Source of the DNA: an uncultured Nitrospiraceae bacterium
Lineage (GTDB): Bacteria > Nitrospirota > Thermodesulfovibrionia > Thermodesulfovibrionales > Dissulfurispiraceae
Assembly (NCBI GenBank): GCA_963705105.1
Contig: CAVPIW010000006.1
Coordinates: 128,001 to 192,000, forward strand
Direction: 5' to 3'
DNA: 64,000 bases
Part shown: one piece after another, positions 1 through 9,708 of the stretch
How positions within the stretch are numbered: the first letter of the stretch is position 1
How the letters are laid out: each line of letters starts with the position of its first letter
Position numbers and translations under genes: made by a program
The notes under the pieces: model-generated
Databases searched by the model: none
What the model saw: the letters and a program-made list of their open reading frames with translations, nothing else
Told to the model about the DNA's origin: nothing

Positions 1-932
1 CCTGGATGGAAAAGGATTGCAGCAAGTGCCACGGCGGCAAAGACACCCTGGTCTACTTCCCCCACGCCGCAAGCACCACGTCATCGACGTGTCTTGTCTG
101 TCACGATGCGATGAAGGGCAGGGTGAAGACGGCCGAGGGGGTGATGATCGACGTGCACATTGACGCGGGCCGGTACGGCAAGGCGGTGCACGGCGAGCTG
201 GACTGCACGGCCTGCCACAGGAACTTCAGCGGGGGAGGGCACGGACCTGCCGGGGCGGCAGAGGTGCCGGCGGAGATCGCCTCGCTGGCCAAGAAGATCA
301 AAGGCAAGGCCAAACTGGAACCCGTCGCCTACGCTGCCTGCATCGAATGCCACAAAGGGGCCTACACGCAGTGGCTGCAGAGCGTCCATGCCAAAAACGT
401 CATTGACAAGGGCAGCAAAGACGGGGCCATCTGCACGGACTGCCACGGCGCTGCGCACTACATACAGCCCAAGGGAGTGAGGGAATCGAAAGTCCACTGG
501 AGCGAAGTCGTCGAGACCTGCGGCCGGTGTCACGAAGACCCGGAGATCCTGAAGCGGTACGGCTACGGTGAGGAGATCCTGAAGCGGTACAAGGAGAGCT
601 TCCACGGCAAGAAGCACAAGCTGGGGCAGAAGGAAGTGCCCACCTGCGCGAGCTGCCACGGCTACCACGGCGTGTGGAAGTGGACGGACCCGCAGTCACC
701 CATGTCTGTGGACAAGAGGAAAGAGACCTGCGGGCGGTGCCATCCCGGGGCGACGGACAAATTTGTCGGGTCTGTCACCCACAAACCGGCGGGAGCGGTT
801 GCGCACTATACGGAGAAAGGACTGATCGTTCTGGTCCTGGGGACCTTTTTGTTTATCTTCATCCACGTGATCCTCAACGTCTATGCGGACATCCGGGACT
901 GGATATTCCGGAAAGGGGGCGGCCATGAGTGA
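1..932 (+). CDS. Membrane-anchored multiheme cytochrome c (probably 5'-partial)
   Basis: 8 CxxCH motifs in the visible part; C-terminal hydrophobic helix; frame open to the window edge. Confidence 0.9.
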   Translation, partial: WMEKDCSKCHGGKDTLVYFPHAASTTSSTCLVCHDAMKGRVKTAEGVMIDVHIDAGRYGKAVHGELDCTACHRNFSGGGHGPAGAAEVPAEIASLAKKIKGKAKLEPVAYAACIECHKGAYTQWLQSVHAKNVIDKGSKDGAICTDCHGAAHYIQPKGVRESKVHWSEVVETCGRCHEDPEILKRYGYGEEILKRYKESFHGKKHKLGQKEVPTCASCHGYHGVWKWTDPQSPMSVDKRKETCGRCHPGATDKFVGSVTHKPAGAVAHYTEKGLIVLVLGTFLFIFIHVILNVYADIRDWIFRKGGGHE

Positions 933-1648
933 GCAGATACAAGGGGAGTACCAGCGGTTCAACCTCATCGAGAGGCTGCAGCACGGGATCTTGTTTGTGA
1001 CCTTCTCTGTTGCTTGCCTTCAGCGGGTGGGCCTTGAAATACCCGGAGATGGAGCAGTCGAGATGGTGGATCGGCATCTGGGGGGGACCGAAGAACGCCC
1101 ACACCATTCACGTTGTCTCGGGCGTCATCATGGTGAGCGACTTTGTGTGGCATGTGCTGTACATGGCCTACCGGATCCTGACGGGCAAGATGCGGTTTCA
1201 CCGGGACACCACCATTGTGCCTGTTCCCAAAGACCTGACCGACGCGGCACAGAACTTCAAGTACTTTTTGGGGCTGAGCAGGGAGAAGCCGCAATTCGGG
1301 CGGTTCACCTACGTCCACAAATTTGACTACTGGGCCGTGTTCTGGGGCATGGGCATCATCGGACTGTCGGGGCTGTTTCTGGCCTTTCCCGTGCAGGCCT
1401 CCCACCTGTTTCCGAAGTGGACATTGGAGTGGATCTGGGAAGTGCTGTTCATCATGCATGGAGACGAAGCGCTTCTGGCCATCGTGTTTATTTTCTTTTT
1501 TCACTTTTACAACGAACACCTGCGGTTTGAGAAATTTCCCATGAGCATGGCGTGGCTGACGGGGCGGATCAGCCTGCAGGAGATGAAACACGAGCATCCG
1601 TTGGAATACGAGATTGAATACGGCAAGAAAGAAGGGGGCAAGGAATGA
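925..1648 (+). CDS. Cytochrome b subunit (FdnI/Ni-hydrogenase cytochrome b-like), with an apparent 1-nt frameshift near 1010
   Basis: ATG at 925 overlaps the upstream stop and gives MSEQIQGEYQRFNLIERLQHGILFVTFSV; the continuation LAFSGWALKYP...KFDYWAVFWG...HFYNEH is in another frame; His-bearing TM helices. Confidence 0.8.
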
Positions 1649-2658
1649 AGGCGATCCGGGTGCTCCTTGCGGGACTGATGATCGTCATCACGGGCTGTGT
1701 CCCCGGAGCGGGGGACAAGGACAAGGACAAGAAAGCGGCGGCGCCCGTGGAGCGCATCATCAGCAAAGACGAAGCCGTCAGCGAACTGCCCTGCTTCAAA
1801 TGCCATGAATACAAGGACTACACAGCGGGAGCGGGCAAAGGGAGCTTCTCCCACACCATCCATGCAAAGACGGGGTATCACTGCAACCAGTGCCATGACC
1901 TCAAAGCCCACAAACTCAGTGCGGACATCCACGGCGTCTGCGGGAAATGCCACACACTGCAGGGCCTGACATTCCAGCGGAGCTCATTGCCGTCTGCCTT
2001 CAACCATGAGGCCCATGCCAAGAGGCAGAGGTGCCGGGAATGCCACCCGAAGATCTTCCCCATGAAGGCGGGCAGCAGCGTCATCACCATGGAGGAGATG
2101 GACAAAGGGAAGAACTGCGGGCAGTGCCACAACGGCAGGAAGGCCTTCGGGACGAAAGAGTGCGCCAAGTGCCATGACCTCAAGAGTGGGTACAGCAAGG
2201 ATGTGAAATACGCCGGAGGGGGAGCGGGAGCGGTGGTGTTCGGCCACACGTTTCACACGGCGGCCTTTGGGTGTGACCAGTGCCATCCGAAACTGTTTGC
2301 CATGAAGAAGAGCGGCAAGCTGAAGATGGAGCCCATGTACGGGGGCAAGAGCTGCGGGGCCTGTCATAACGGGCAGATGGCCTTTGCATCGACGGAGTGC
2401 GCCAAATGTCATGACCTGAAGGCGGGATTCGGCAAGGACGTGAAGTATGAGGGAGGGGGAGCGGGAGCGGTGGTGTTCAGCCACCAGTTCCACACGGCTG
2501 CCTTTGGATGTGGCGACTGTCATCCGAAGCTGTTTGCGTCAAAGAAGAGCGGCGCGCTGAAGATGGACCCGATGTATGAGGGCAAGAGCTGCGGGGCCTG
2601 CCACAACGGGCAGGTGGCATCGGCGGTGACGGACTGCGCGAAGTGCCATAAACAATAG
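1645..2658 (+). CDS. Dodecaheme cytochrome c lipoprotein built from c7-like triheme repeats
   Basis: 12 CxxCH motifs; lipobox-like ITGC; internal repeat with ~79-aa (237-nt) period. Confidence 0.9.
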   Translation: MKAIRVLLAGLMIVITGCVPGAGDKDKDKKAAAPVERIISKDEAVSELPCFKCHEYKDYTAGAGKGSFSHTIHAKTGYHCNQCHDLKAHKLSADIHGVCGKCHTLQGLTFQRSSLPSAFNHEAHAKRQRCRECHPKIFPMKAGSSVITMEEMDKGKNCGQCHNGRKAFGTKECAKCHDLKSGYSKDVKYAGGGAGAVVFGHTFHTAAFGCDQCHPKLFAMKKSGKLKMEPMYGGKSCGACHNGQMAFASTECAKCHDLKAGFGKDVKYEGGGAGAVVFSHQFHTAAFGCGDCHPKLFASKKSGALKMDPMYEGKSCGACHNGQVASAVTDCAKCHKQ

Positions 2659-2748
2659 GCAATAAACAATAGACAGTAGACAGGAATAACAGACAAGACT
2701 CGGGACGAACAACAGACAGTCACGAGTGCTCAGGACGCAGGACTCAGA

Positions 2749-2778
2749 GGGGGTCCGGCAAACGCCGGACCCCCCTTT
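2749..2778 (+). terminator. Probable intrinsic terminator
   Basis: 11-bp stem GGGGGTCCGGC / GCCGGACCCCC, 4-nt loop, short T run, after the cytochrome operon. Confidence 0.7.
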
Positions 2779-2826
2779 CGTCTTTCGGCGCTTCGCCCCG
2801 CCTTTTCTGAAACGTCATCTCTCGGA

Positions 2827-3366
2827 CTAAAAGTCCGCTCCCGCATCTTTCTCTTTTGTCTTTCCTCCGTCTTTTTCCGCTTCAGCGGCGATCTCGATTG
2901 AGGATAGCCAGAGTTCGCAGGTATCCGTCACCCTGTTGTACTGGAGGACCATGCTGCTCCGGTAACCCTCCCAGGTGTAATACTCCTTGTAGGGGTTCGG
3001 CTGGTCGCCCTCACCGAAACGGTCGAAGACGGCCTCCCTCAGTCCGAGCCAGTTCCTGTTTCCTGTGGCTGTGACGACGGCCCCCATGAACCTGCCCCTC
3101 CAGAAGAGGTAGTGGACCGACGAGATTGTTGCTTCCCCCAGCTTCATTCGGTCCGCCTTCCTCGTGTACCGTTCCACGTTTTTCATGGCGGGATCGGCAG
3201 GCGCGGGCACCATGTCCTTCAGGTCCTTCAGCGCAGCGCCCCACTTGATGCCCCTGAATCCGTCGGGCTCGGCGTCGGGTTTAAAAGTGTAGACCGCATA
3301 AGCCGGGCCGGACACCAGGCAGAGCAGAAGAGAAGCACAGCATAAAAAAATCGCAACCTGTCGCAT
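2827..3366 (-). CDS. Secreted hypothetical protein
   Basis: MRQVAIFLCC...PAYA signal peptide; the longer ORF-track call overlaps the next gene. Confidence 0.7.
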   Translation of the reverse strand: MRQVAIFLCCASLLLCLVSGPAYAVYTFKPDAEPDGFRGIKWGAALKDLKDMVPAPADPAMKNVERYTRKADRMKLGEATISSVHYLFWRGRFMGAVVTATGNRNWLGLREAVFDRFGEGDQPNPYKEYYTWEGYRSSMVLQYNRVTDTCELWLSSIEIAAEAEKDGGKTKEKDAGADF

Positions 3367-3397
3367 GTATGTCCTCCTTAAAGTGCCGCTGTCAATG

Positions 3398-4780
3398 CTA
3401 TATCTCGAAGAGATCACCCTTTTCCGGCACATGGACGGTGAGATCGAAGGTCTCTCGCACCGTCTCCGCAAATCCAAGAGACACCTCATCTTCGCCGTGG
3501 ACGATGAAAACCTCCGGCTTGTTCCTGAATGCCCGAAGCCAGCCGAGGAGCTCCTTCCTGTCCGCGTGGGCCGAGAACCCGCCGATCGTGTAAACCGACG
3601 CATTGACCGCCACCTCTTCGCCGAAGATGCGTACCTCCCTGTCGCCGTCGATGATCTCCCTGCCCAGGGATCCCCTCGCCTGGAAACCGACGAAGACGAC
3701 GCAGCATTCCTTTCTCCAGAGATTATGCTTGAGGTGGTGACGGATCCTGCCGCCGTCGCACATGCCGCTTCCGGCAATGATGATCGCGCCGGAGCGAATC
3801 CTGTTTATCTTCTGCGACTCCTCGACGGAGCCCGTGAAATGGAGTCTCAGCGCCTCGGTCTTCCTCTCCCGGAAAAGCCGTCTCGCCTCCTCGTCATAGC
3901 ATTCCGGATGGGCCAGGTATATCTTCGTCGCCTCCTCAGCCAGAGGGCTGTCGACATAGACGTCGCAGCGGTGGAGCCTTCCCTCGCGGACGAGATTGTT
4001 GAGAATGTAAAGGAGATCCTGAGTCCGTCCGACGGCAAAGGCGGGAATAAGGACATTGCCGCCCCGCTTAAAAGTCGTCGCAATGGCGTCGACGAGTTCG
4101 TCGATGCTTTTTTCCTTGTTTTTGTGCTCCCTGTTGCCGTACGTAGACTCCATGACCACATAATCAGCTTCTTCGACCTGCTGGGGGTCGTTGATGATGG
4201 GATTCCCGCTCTTGCCGATGTCTCCGGAAAAGACGATCCTCTTTTCGACCGGACTGTCCTGATACCAGATTTCGAGACTTCCCGATCCGAGGATATGCCC
4301 CGCATCGACGAAGCGATACTTCACCCCGTTACCGAGATGATTGATGCTGCCATAGGCCTGACGGTCGATGAGAGGGAGAGCCGCCTTGACGTCTTCCGTC
4401 CTGTAGAGAGGCTCGTAGACGATGTCCCGTCCGGAACGGAATGACTTTTTGGTCAGCCATTCGGCGTCTTTTTCCTGGATCTCAGCCGAATCATAGAGCA
4501 TGATCTCGACGAGGTCCGCCGTTGCCGAGGTTGTCAGGATCTTCCCCCTGAAACCGTCCCGCACAAGCCGCGGGATCAGACCGGAGTGGTCGATGTGGGC
4601 ATGGGTGAGAAAGAGGATGTCGATCTGCCGGGGATCGAAGAGAAAGGCCGTTCTGTTTCTCTCGTCCATGTCCCTCCCCTGATGGAGGCCGCAGTCGACA
4701 AGGATTTCGAGATCGTTCACGGTCAGGCGGGTACACGAGCCTGTGACCGTCCTGACACCGCCGATAAATTGTATTCTCAT
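3398..4780 (-). CDS. MBL-fold metallo-hydrolase, beta-CASP RNA-metabolising family
   Basis: THAHIDH, AGHILGS, MESTYG and FSAHAD motifs. Confidence 0.92.
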   Translation of the reverse strand: MRIQFIGGVRTVTGSCTRLTVNDLEILVDCGLHQGRDMDERNRTAFLFDPRQIDILFLTHAHIDHSGLIPRLVRDGFRGKILTTSATADLVEIMLYDSAEIQEKDAEWLTKKSFRSGRDIVYEPLYRTEDVKAALPLIDRQAYGSINHLGNGVKYRFVDAGHILGSGSLEIWYQDSPVEKRIVFSGDIGKSGNPIINDPQQVEEADYVVMESTYGNREHKNKEKSIDELVDAIATTFKRGGNVLIPAFAVGRTQDLLYILNNLVREGRLHRCDVYVDSPLAEEATKIYLAHPECYDEEARRLFRERKTEALRLHFTGSVEESQKINRIRSGAIIIAGSGMCDGGRIRHHLKHNLWRKECCVVFVGFQARGSLGREIIDGDREVRIFGEEVAVNASVYTIGGFSAHADRKELLGWLRAFRNKPEVFIVHGEDEVSLGFAETVRETFDLTVHVPEKGDLFEI

Positions 4781-5691
4781 ACCGTCACTCCGTCTATCCT
4801 CGTCAGGCCCTGCCTGATTGCGAGGTTGATCGCCTCCCTGTACTCGGCGCCGGTGATCCGCCTGTCAAGGGGGGGATGGCCAAAGGCCTTGAAGCATGGA
4901 TGATACTGGTCCATGATATTGATATAGGTATCACGGGAAATCTCTTCCGCGATGAACCTGACGACCTCCGCCGTCCCGGCCCGTCCTGACGGCAGGACGA
5001 GGTGGCGGACGAGGAGTCCCCGGACGGCGACCCCGTATTCATCGTCAACGAGGTCCCCCACCTGCCTGTGCATTTCCCGGATCGCCTCCTTCGCCCGCTG
5101 AGGATAGTCCGGCACCTTCGAGTATTCCATGCCCACGGCAGGGTCGGCATATTTGAAATCCGGCATATAGATGTCGATGATCCCGTCAAGGATTGAGAGG
5201 GACTCCAGGGATTCATATCCGCCGCAGTTGTAGACGATCGGCACGTCCAGTCCCCCTTCCACGGCGAGCATGACGGCCCTGAGAATCATCGGCGTCTGGT
5301 GCGTCGGTGTCACGAGGTTAATGTTGTGACACCCCGACTCCTGGAGGTCAAGCATCACGTGGGCAAGCTTTTCCGGCGACATCTCCCTGCCGTCGCCGCG
5401 GTGGCTGATCGTCCAGTTCTGGCAGAAGATGCAGCCAAGATTGCAGTTGCCGAAAAAAATGGTCCCCGAGCCGCCCGCCCCGACGAGGGGTCGCTCCTCG
5501 CCCAGGTGGGGTCCCCAGCTCGAGACAAAAGGCATGTCTGCCGTCCTGCAGAAGCCCTTCTCCCCGGCAGTCCTGTCGACCCCACAATTCCGCGGGCAGA
5601 GCCTGCATTTTTTCAGGATATCCCAGGCCCTGGCGACCCTCTCACGGAGCTCCGATGGGGTCATTTTACGATAGGTCGGAACGAAGACCAC
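4777..5691 (-). CDS. Radical SAM protein (PflX-like)
   Basis: CRLCPRNC plus CNLGCIFC (CxxxCxxC); DIYMPDFKY; RHLVLP. Confidence 0.88.
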   Translation of the reverse strand: MVFVPTYRKMTPSELRERVARAWDILKKCRLCPRNCGVDRTAGEKGFCRTADMPFVSSWGPHLGEERPLVGAGGSGTIFFGNCNLGCIFCQNWTISHRGDGREMSPEKLAHVMLDLQESGCHNINLVTPTHQTPMILRAVMLAVEGGLDVPIVYNCGGYESLESLSILDGIIDIYMPDFKYADPAVGMEYSKVPDYPQRAKEAIREMHRQVGDLVDDEYGVAVRGLLVRHLVLPSGRAGTAEVVRFIAEEISRDTYINIMDQYHPCFKAFGHPPLDRRITGAEYREAINLAIRQGLTRIDGVTV

Positions 5692-5719
5692 AACCGATCG
5701 CCTGCCGGAAAGAACCTGC

Positions 5720-6316
5720 CTAAGCAGTGATCTTGACGACTATCTCCTTCGCATGCCATGCCACGGTCTTGATGGCATCAAGAATGTTCAGGTACAACGT
5801 GGACGCCACGGGCTGGCAGAGCCCCTCGATGAGCCGGTCTTCATGAAGAGTGGCATATTCATTCGCCCTCCTGACGACGCCGGTCTCGGACTCCTCGACG
5901 TATCTGCTCAGGATCTTGTTTCTGGCGAGCATGATGTCCGATGTGGGCTTGATGATGTCCACGAGGCGTTGCAGAAGAAAGGTCACCTCCGTCACGGCCT
6001 TGTCGCTGAAGAGTATCCTGTCATTGATTTTCTTCTCGATCTGTTCGGACAACTTGCCGAGACTTTCCGCTATCCTGACGAGATGGGCGGGCGCGGAGAT
6101 GTAAGCCTTCGCGTCGGGGCTTTCCTTGACCAGATCGACGAGTTTTTTCGTGAGTTCAGCCTCCTTTGCCCTGATGTTCGCGATCTTCGCGTTGCAGTCC
6201 CCGAGCGGTTTGGGAGAATTATAAATAAAGGCGTTCTGGAGAGAGGAGATGCAGGTTTCAACGTCCTTTCCCAATTCGTACATCGTGGAAACGATCTCTT
6301 TCATGTCTTCCTTCAT
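5720..6316 (-). CDS. PhoU-like helical protein
   Basis: All-helical; C-terminal HEDRLIEGLC...YLNILD resembles the PhoU-like tail of Na/Pi cotransporters; RBS AGGAGG. Confidence 0.6.
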   Translation of the reverse strand: MKEDMKEIVSTMYELGKDVETCISSLQNAFIYNSPKPLGDCNAKIANIRAKEAELTKKLVDLVKESPDAKAYISAPAHLVRIAESLGKLSEQIEKKINDRILFSDKAVTEVTFLLQRLVDIIKPTSDIMLARNKILSRYVEESETGVVRRANEYATLHEDRLIEGLCQPVASTLYLNILDAIKTVAWHAKEIVVKITA

Positions 6317-6366
6317 GGTATTTGATCCTCCTTTATTTAGAGTCTGTCCCTAAAGTAACCTTCATC

Positions 6367-6448
6367 TGTCATTCCCGCAACCCCGCACTTGATGCGGGGG
6401 CATCGGGAATCCTTCTGAAAGAACGATTCCGGACAAGACATAATGACA
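6367..6448. repeat. GTCATTCC-type REP-like palindrome, copy 1 of 4
   Basis: TGTCATT...AATGACA ends with an internal CCCCGCACTTGATGCGGGG hairpin; related to 38064, 48177 and 51220. Confidence 0.8.
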
Positions 6449-6676
6449 TACAAACTGCAACTTCGTGAGTTTATAAACAGACGCCGTGTAATGTGTCTTG
6501 GAATGCATCCGACGGCTGATGAGGTAACATAATGTATAATTCAACTATATCAGATTGCCCTCCGATCTGCAAGAATGCATTTTAGTGCTTCATTCACGTA
6601 TCGATTTTCCTTTTTATGCTATAATTTTACGCTGTGCCTCTCATCGGAACCCTGATTTTACGACAAGGAGGGCGGG

Positions 6677-6973
6677 ATGCCGAAAGTCTCCGTTGAAAAA
6701 CTCGAACCGGGAATGACGTTGTCCCGTCCCGTCAAGAATGAGGCAGGCATGATTCTCATCGGCGAGGGGACGGTTATGTCGGACCAGTTGATCGAAAAGC
6801 TGAAGCGCATGGGCATATCAAGCGTCTTCGTCGAGGGAGCGTCCAGGCCGGAAAAACCGAAAGAGGAGATGATCAGGGAACTCAATGAGCGGTTCAAGAA
6901 GACGGAGCGGGAGCCGCAGATGTCTCTCCTGAAGCGTCTTTTCAGGGAACACATCGAGGCACTGTACACCTGA
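6677..6973 (+). CDS. Small hypothetical protein preceding the HDOD gene
   Basis: LEPGMTLSRPV...G.IL..EG..M motif typical of the N-terminal module of HD-GYP proteins; RBS AAGGAGG. Confidence 0.7.
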   Translation: MPKVSVEKLEPGMTLSRPVKNEAGMILIGEGTVMSDQLIEKLKRMGISSVFVEGASRPEKPKEEMIRELNERFKKTEREPQMSLLKRLFREHIEALYT

Positions 6974-7809
6974 TGGATGCGCGCACCCTCCGGAGCCAGA
7001 TCGAGCGGATCGACACCCTGCCGACGATTCCGAACATCCTGAAGAAACTCTTTGAGGTCATCGAAAACCCGAAGACGTCACTCAATGAAATCGGGAACTT
7101 CATCCTGAAGGACCCGGTCCTCACGTCGCGGGTCCTCAAGATGGTCAACTCCCCGATCTACGGCTTCCCCGGTCGGATATCGTCCATCAGCCAGGCCCTC
7201 ATCCTCCTCGGGCTGAACGTCGTCAAGGGGATGCTACTCGGCGTCTCCGTCTTCGACGTCATGCAGAAATCGATGCTTGGCCTCTGGGAGCACTCCGTTG
7301 GCTGTGCCGTCACCTCCCGGATCCTCTCGAAGGTAAAGGGGCTTGACGATATCGAGGACATTTCGGTGGCGGCACTCCTCCACGATATCGGCAAGGTCAT
7401 CCTGAGCCTCAAGTTTCCCAACGAGTATCAGAAGATCGTCAGGGAGACGGAGTTGAAAGAGGAGTTCATCATCGAGGCGGAGCGCCGCTTTTTCGGCATC
7501 ACCCATGCCGATGTCGGCGGCTGGGTCGCTCAGCGCTGGAACTTTCCGAAAAACCTCGTCGAGGCGATCGAGTATCACCACAAACCGAATCTCTCCAAGA
7601 ACGTGCCCGTCCATACGGCGATCGTGCATCTTTCGGACATCTTCATCAAGGCCAGGGGATTCGGTTATGCCGGGGACAATTTCATACCCGCAGTCAACAG
7701 CGAGGCCTGGAAGATCGCGGGGCTCACCGAGAAGGACATCAGGGCGACTCTTGAAGAAATGGAGGAGATCCTCGGAGAAGCACAGGATTTTCTCTTCGTT
7801 GACGTTTAG
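6973..7809 (+). CDS. HDOD-domain protein
   Basis: LPTIP, DPVLTSRVLKMVNS, LLHDIGK, WNFP...AIEYHH. Confidence 0.9.
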   Translation: MDARTLRSQIERIDTLPTIPNILKKLFEVIENPKTSLNEIGNFILKDPVLTSRVLKMVNSPIYGFPGRISSISQALILLGLNVVKGMLLGVSVFDVMQKSMLGLWEHSVGCAVTSRILSKVKGLDDIEDISVAALLHDIGKVILSLKFPNEYQKIVRETELKEEFIIEAERRFFGITHADVGGWVAQRWNFPKNLVEAIEYHHKPNLSKNVPVHTAIVHLSDIFIKARGFGYAGDNFIPAVNSEAWKIAGLTEKDIRATLEEMEEILGEAQDFLFVDV

Positions 7810-7818
7810 TCACGGGCC

Positions 7819-8736
7819 ATGCGATCGGTCTTCGTCATTTCGAAGGACATTGTCAGCGCCAGCATCGTTGAACGCAGCCTGAAGGAAGAACATGACGTCA
7901 CGCTCTTTGCCACGATCCAGTCATCCCTCGAACATTTGTACAACACCATTCCCGATCTTCTTGTCATCGACATCACGGACAACGAACCCCGCACTGTCGA
8001 TCTGCTGAACAAGCTCAAGGGTGACCCCCTCTTCAATCAGTTTCCTGTTCTCGTGATCGTGAAGGACGACCTTTCCACCTGTGACTGGAACCGTCTTGCC
8101 GTTGAAGACTACATCCGTGAATCCTGCATCGAGGCGGAACTGAAGACGAGGGTGAGTCTCTGCCTCGCACGGGCGGAACGGGTTGTCGAGGTGAGTCCGC
8201 TGACGAAGCTGCCCGGCAATATCGCCATTACGAAACAGATCCAGGCGCGCATCGACAGCGGCAATCCCTTCGCACTCGCCTATGCGGACATCGATTATTT
8301 CAAGCCCTTCAATGACCGCTACGGCTTCAGCAGGGGCGACGAGATCATCAAGATGGTAGGCCGTCTGATTCTGAATGCCGTGAAGGATAAAGAGCCGGAC
8401 ACGAGCTTTGTGGGCCACATCGGCGGTGACGACTTCGTTTTCATCATCGGCTATGACCTTGCGGAGGAAGCGTCACAGACGGTTATCAACTATTTCGACC
8501 GCCTGGTTCCCACATTTTATGACCCTGAGGACCGTGCGCGGGGGCACGTCGAGTCGGTCGACCGGGAAGGCAACAGAAAAACCTACCCGATCATGAGCCT
8601 GTCCATCGGCGTCGCCCACAACCGGTTCAGAAAATTCACCCATTACGGCCAGGTCGCTGAAATCGCCTCGGAGATGAAGAAATTCGCAAAACGGACGCCG
8701 GCAAGCTGCTTCAGGATCGACCGGCGGAAACGCTGA
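7819..8736 (+). CDS. REC-like plus GGDEF diguanylate cyclase
   Basis: PLTKLPGN, DIDYFKPFNDRYGF, HIGGDDF. Confidence 0.9.
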   Translation: MRSVFVISKDIVSASIVERSLKEEHDVTLFATIQSSLEHLYNTIPDLLVIDITDNEPRTVDLLNKLKGDPLFNQFPVLVIVKDDLSTCDWNRLAVEDYIRESCIEAELKTRVSLCLARAERVVEVSPLTKLPGNIAITKQIQARIDSGNPFALAYADIDYFKPFNDRYGFSRGDEIIKMVGRLILNAVKDKEPDTSFVGHIGGDDFVFIIGYDLAEEASQTVINYFDRLVPTFYDPEDRARGHVESVDREGNRKTYPIMSLSIGVAHNRFRKFTHYGQVAEIASEMKKFAKRTPASCFRIDRRKR

Positions 8737-8769
8737 AGGGCGGCGCCGGACCGGGACACCCCGGGCGGG

Positions 8770-9045
8770 TCACTCAAACAGCCCGAGAATCGTGTCCGCC
8801 TTGTCCTCGATGTTCCTGATGCCCTGCGTGATCGCCGAATATTCCCGCTTCAGCTGGTGGAGCTCCTCGGCGATGCTGAGCGAGGCCAGGATGGCGGCCT
8901 TCATGGGCGTGATGGTCGGAGACCGGTGGTAGACCTCCTTCAGCTTCTCATTGACGAAATCGGCCATTTCCTTGATATGAGCGGGGTCGGCGTCGCCCTT
9001 TATGATATACTTCTGACCCAGTATGACGAACTCGATGCTTCCCAT
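8770..9045 (-). CDS. zapA: Cell division protein ZapA
   Basis: ILGQKYII...A.FV..K...AILASLSIAEEL pattern. Confidence 0.85.
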   Translation of the reverse strand: MGSIEFVILGQKYIIKGDADPAHIKEMADFVNEKLKEVYHRSPTITPMKAAILASLSIAEELHQLKREYSAITQGIRNIEDKADTILGLFE

Positions 9046-9051
9046 CGCGCC

Positions 9052-9273
9052 TCATTTCAATTCGATCGTCTCGAGCTCCTTGAGAAGGTCTTCGATCTGG
9101 TCCCGTATTGAGCCCCGTTCCGCCACGAGACGCTCCATTTCCTGGTCCTTGAGCCGCAGGCTGTTTTCGAGATCGGCGATCTCCTTCATGAGGTTGTTGT
9201 TCTCTTCTTTCAGCGCCTTGATTTTGTCGATGGCGTGGGCGATTTTCTGTTCAAAGGTCTTCAAAGCCTCCAC
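9052..9273 (-). CDS. zapB: Cell division protein ZapB-like coiled coil
   Basis: GTG start with AAGGAGG RBS; short coiled coil directly upstream of zapA. Confidence 0.7.
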   Translation of the reverse strand: MEALKTFEQKIAHAIDKIKALKEENNNLMKEIADLENSLRLKDQEMERLVAERGSIRDQIEDLLKELETIELK

Positions 9274-9328
9274 TGTATCCTCCTTATAAAAAGTAAAACA
9301 TATTACCTGAATCGTCCGAAAAAATAAA

Positions 9329-9663
9329 CCTTCCAGTTGCATGAAAAGGCGGGGCGAAGCGCCTCAAAGCCTTCTCATGGCGACACTGCCTCCGGAAAGG
9401 CAGATATGGGTCAAAGCCTTTCCAATGCGGTGATGAGACTTCTCCAGGTGTTCCGCGCCTGTTGCCTGACGGGCTTTTGTCATCGGTCGACACGGCAAAG
9501 GGGGGTCTGGGGATAAATAAGGTATCTTAGAGGAAAGGCTTTTCACCACATCAGCCTTCCCGTCGGTGCGTTTGTCGTCCCGTATCTGCCTTTGCCTGCT
9601 GTCTACTGTTTATAATCGGCGCATACGCCTCGCCTTTCCCGGGAGTGTGTTGCAACGATAAGG
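9329..9663 (+). repeat. Palindromic dispersed element, copy A (expanded core with a nested inverted repeat)
   Basis: Left arm GTTGCATGAAAAGGCGGGGCGAAGCGCCTCAAAGCCTT; right arm CGGCGCATACGCCTCGCCTTT...TTGCAACGATAAGG. Confidence 0.85.
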
Positions 9664-9708
9664 TAAACCTCATGACGACACTGACACTGACACTGACACC
9701 TTTCTATT

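Noticed and set aside
8737..8770. 6S RNA downstream of zapA
   Set aside because: Only about 33 nt separate zapA from the convergent GGDEF gene; no tRNA or rRNA was recognised anywhere in the window
9329..9663. Palindromic elements as integron attC sites
   Set aside because: Ends read GTT...AAC, the reverse of the RYYYAAC...GTTRRRY arrangement; they flank housekeeping genes in both orientations; no integrase seen
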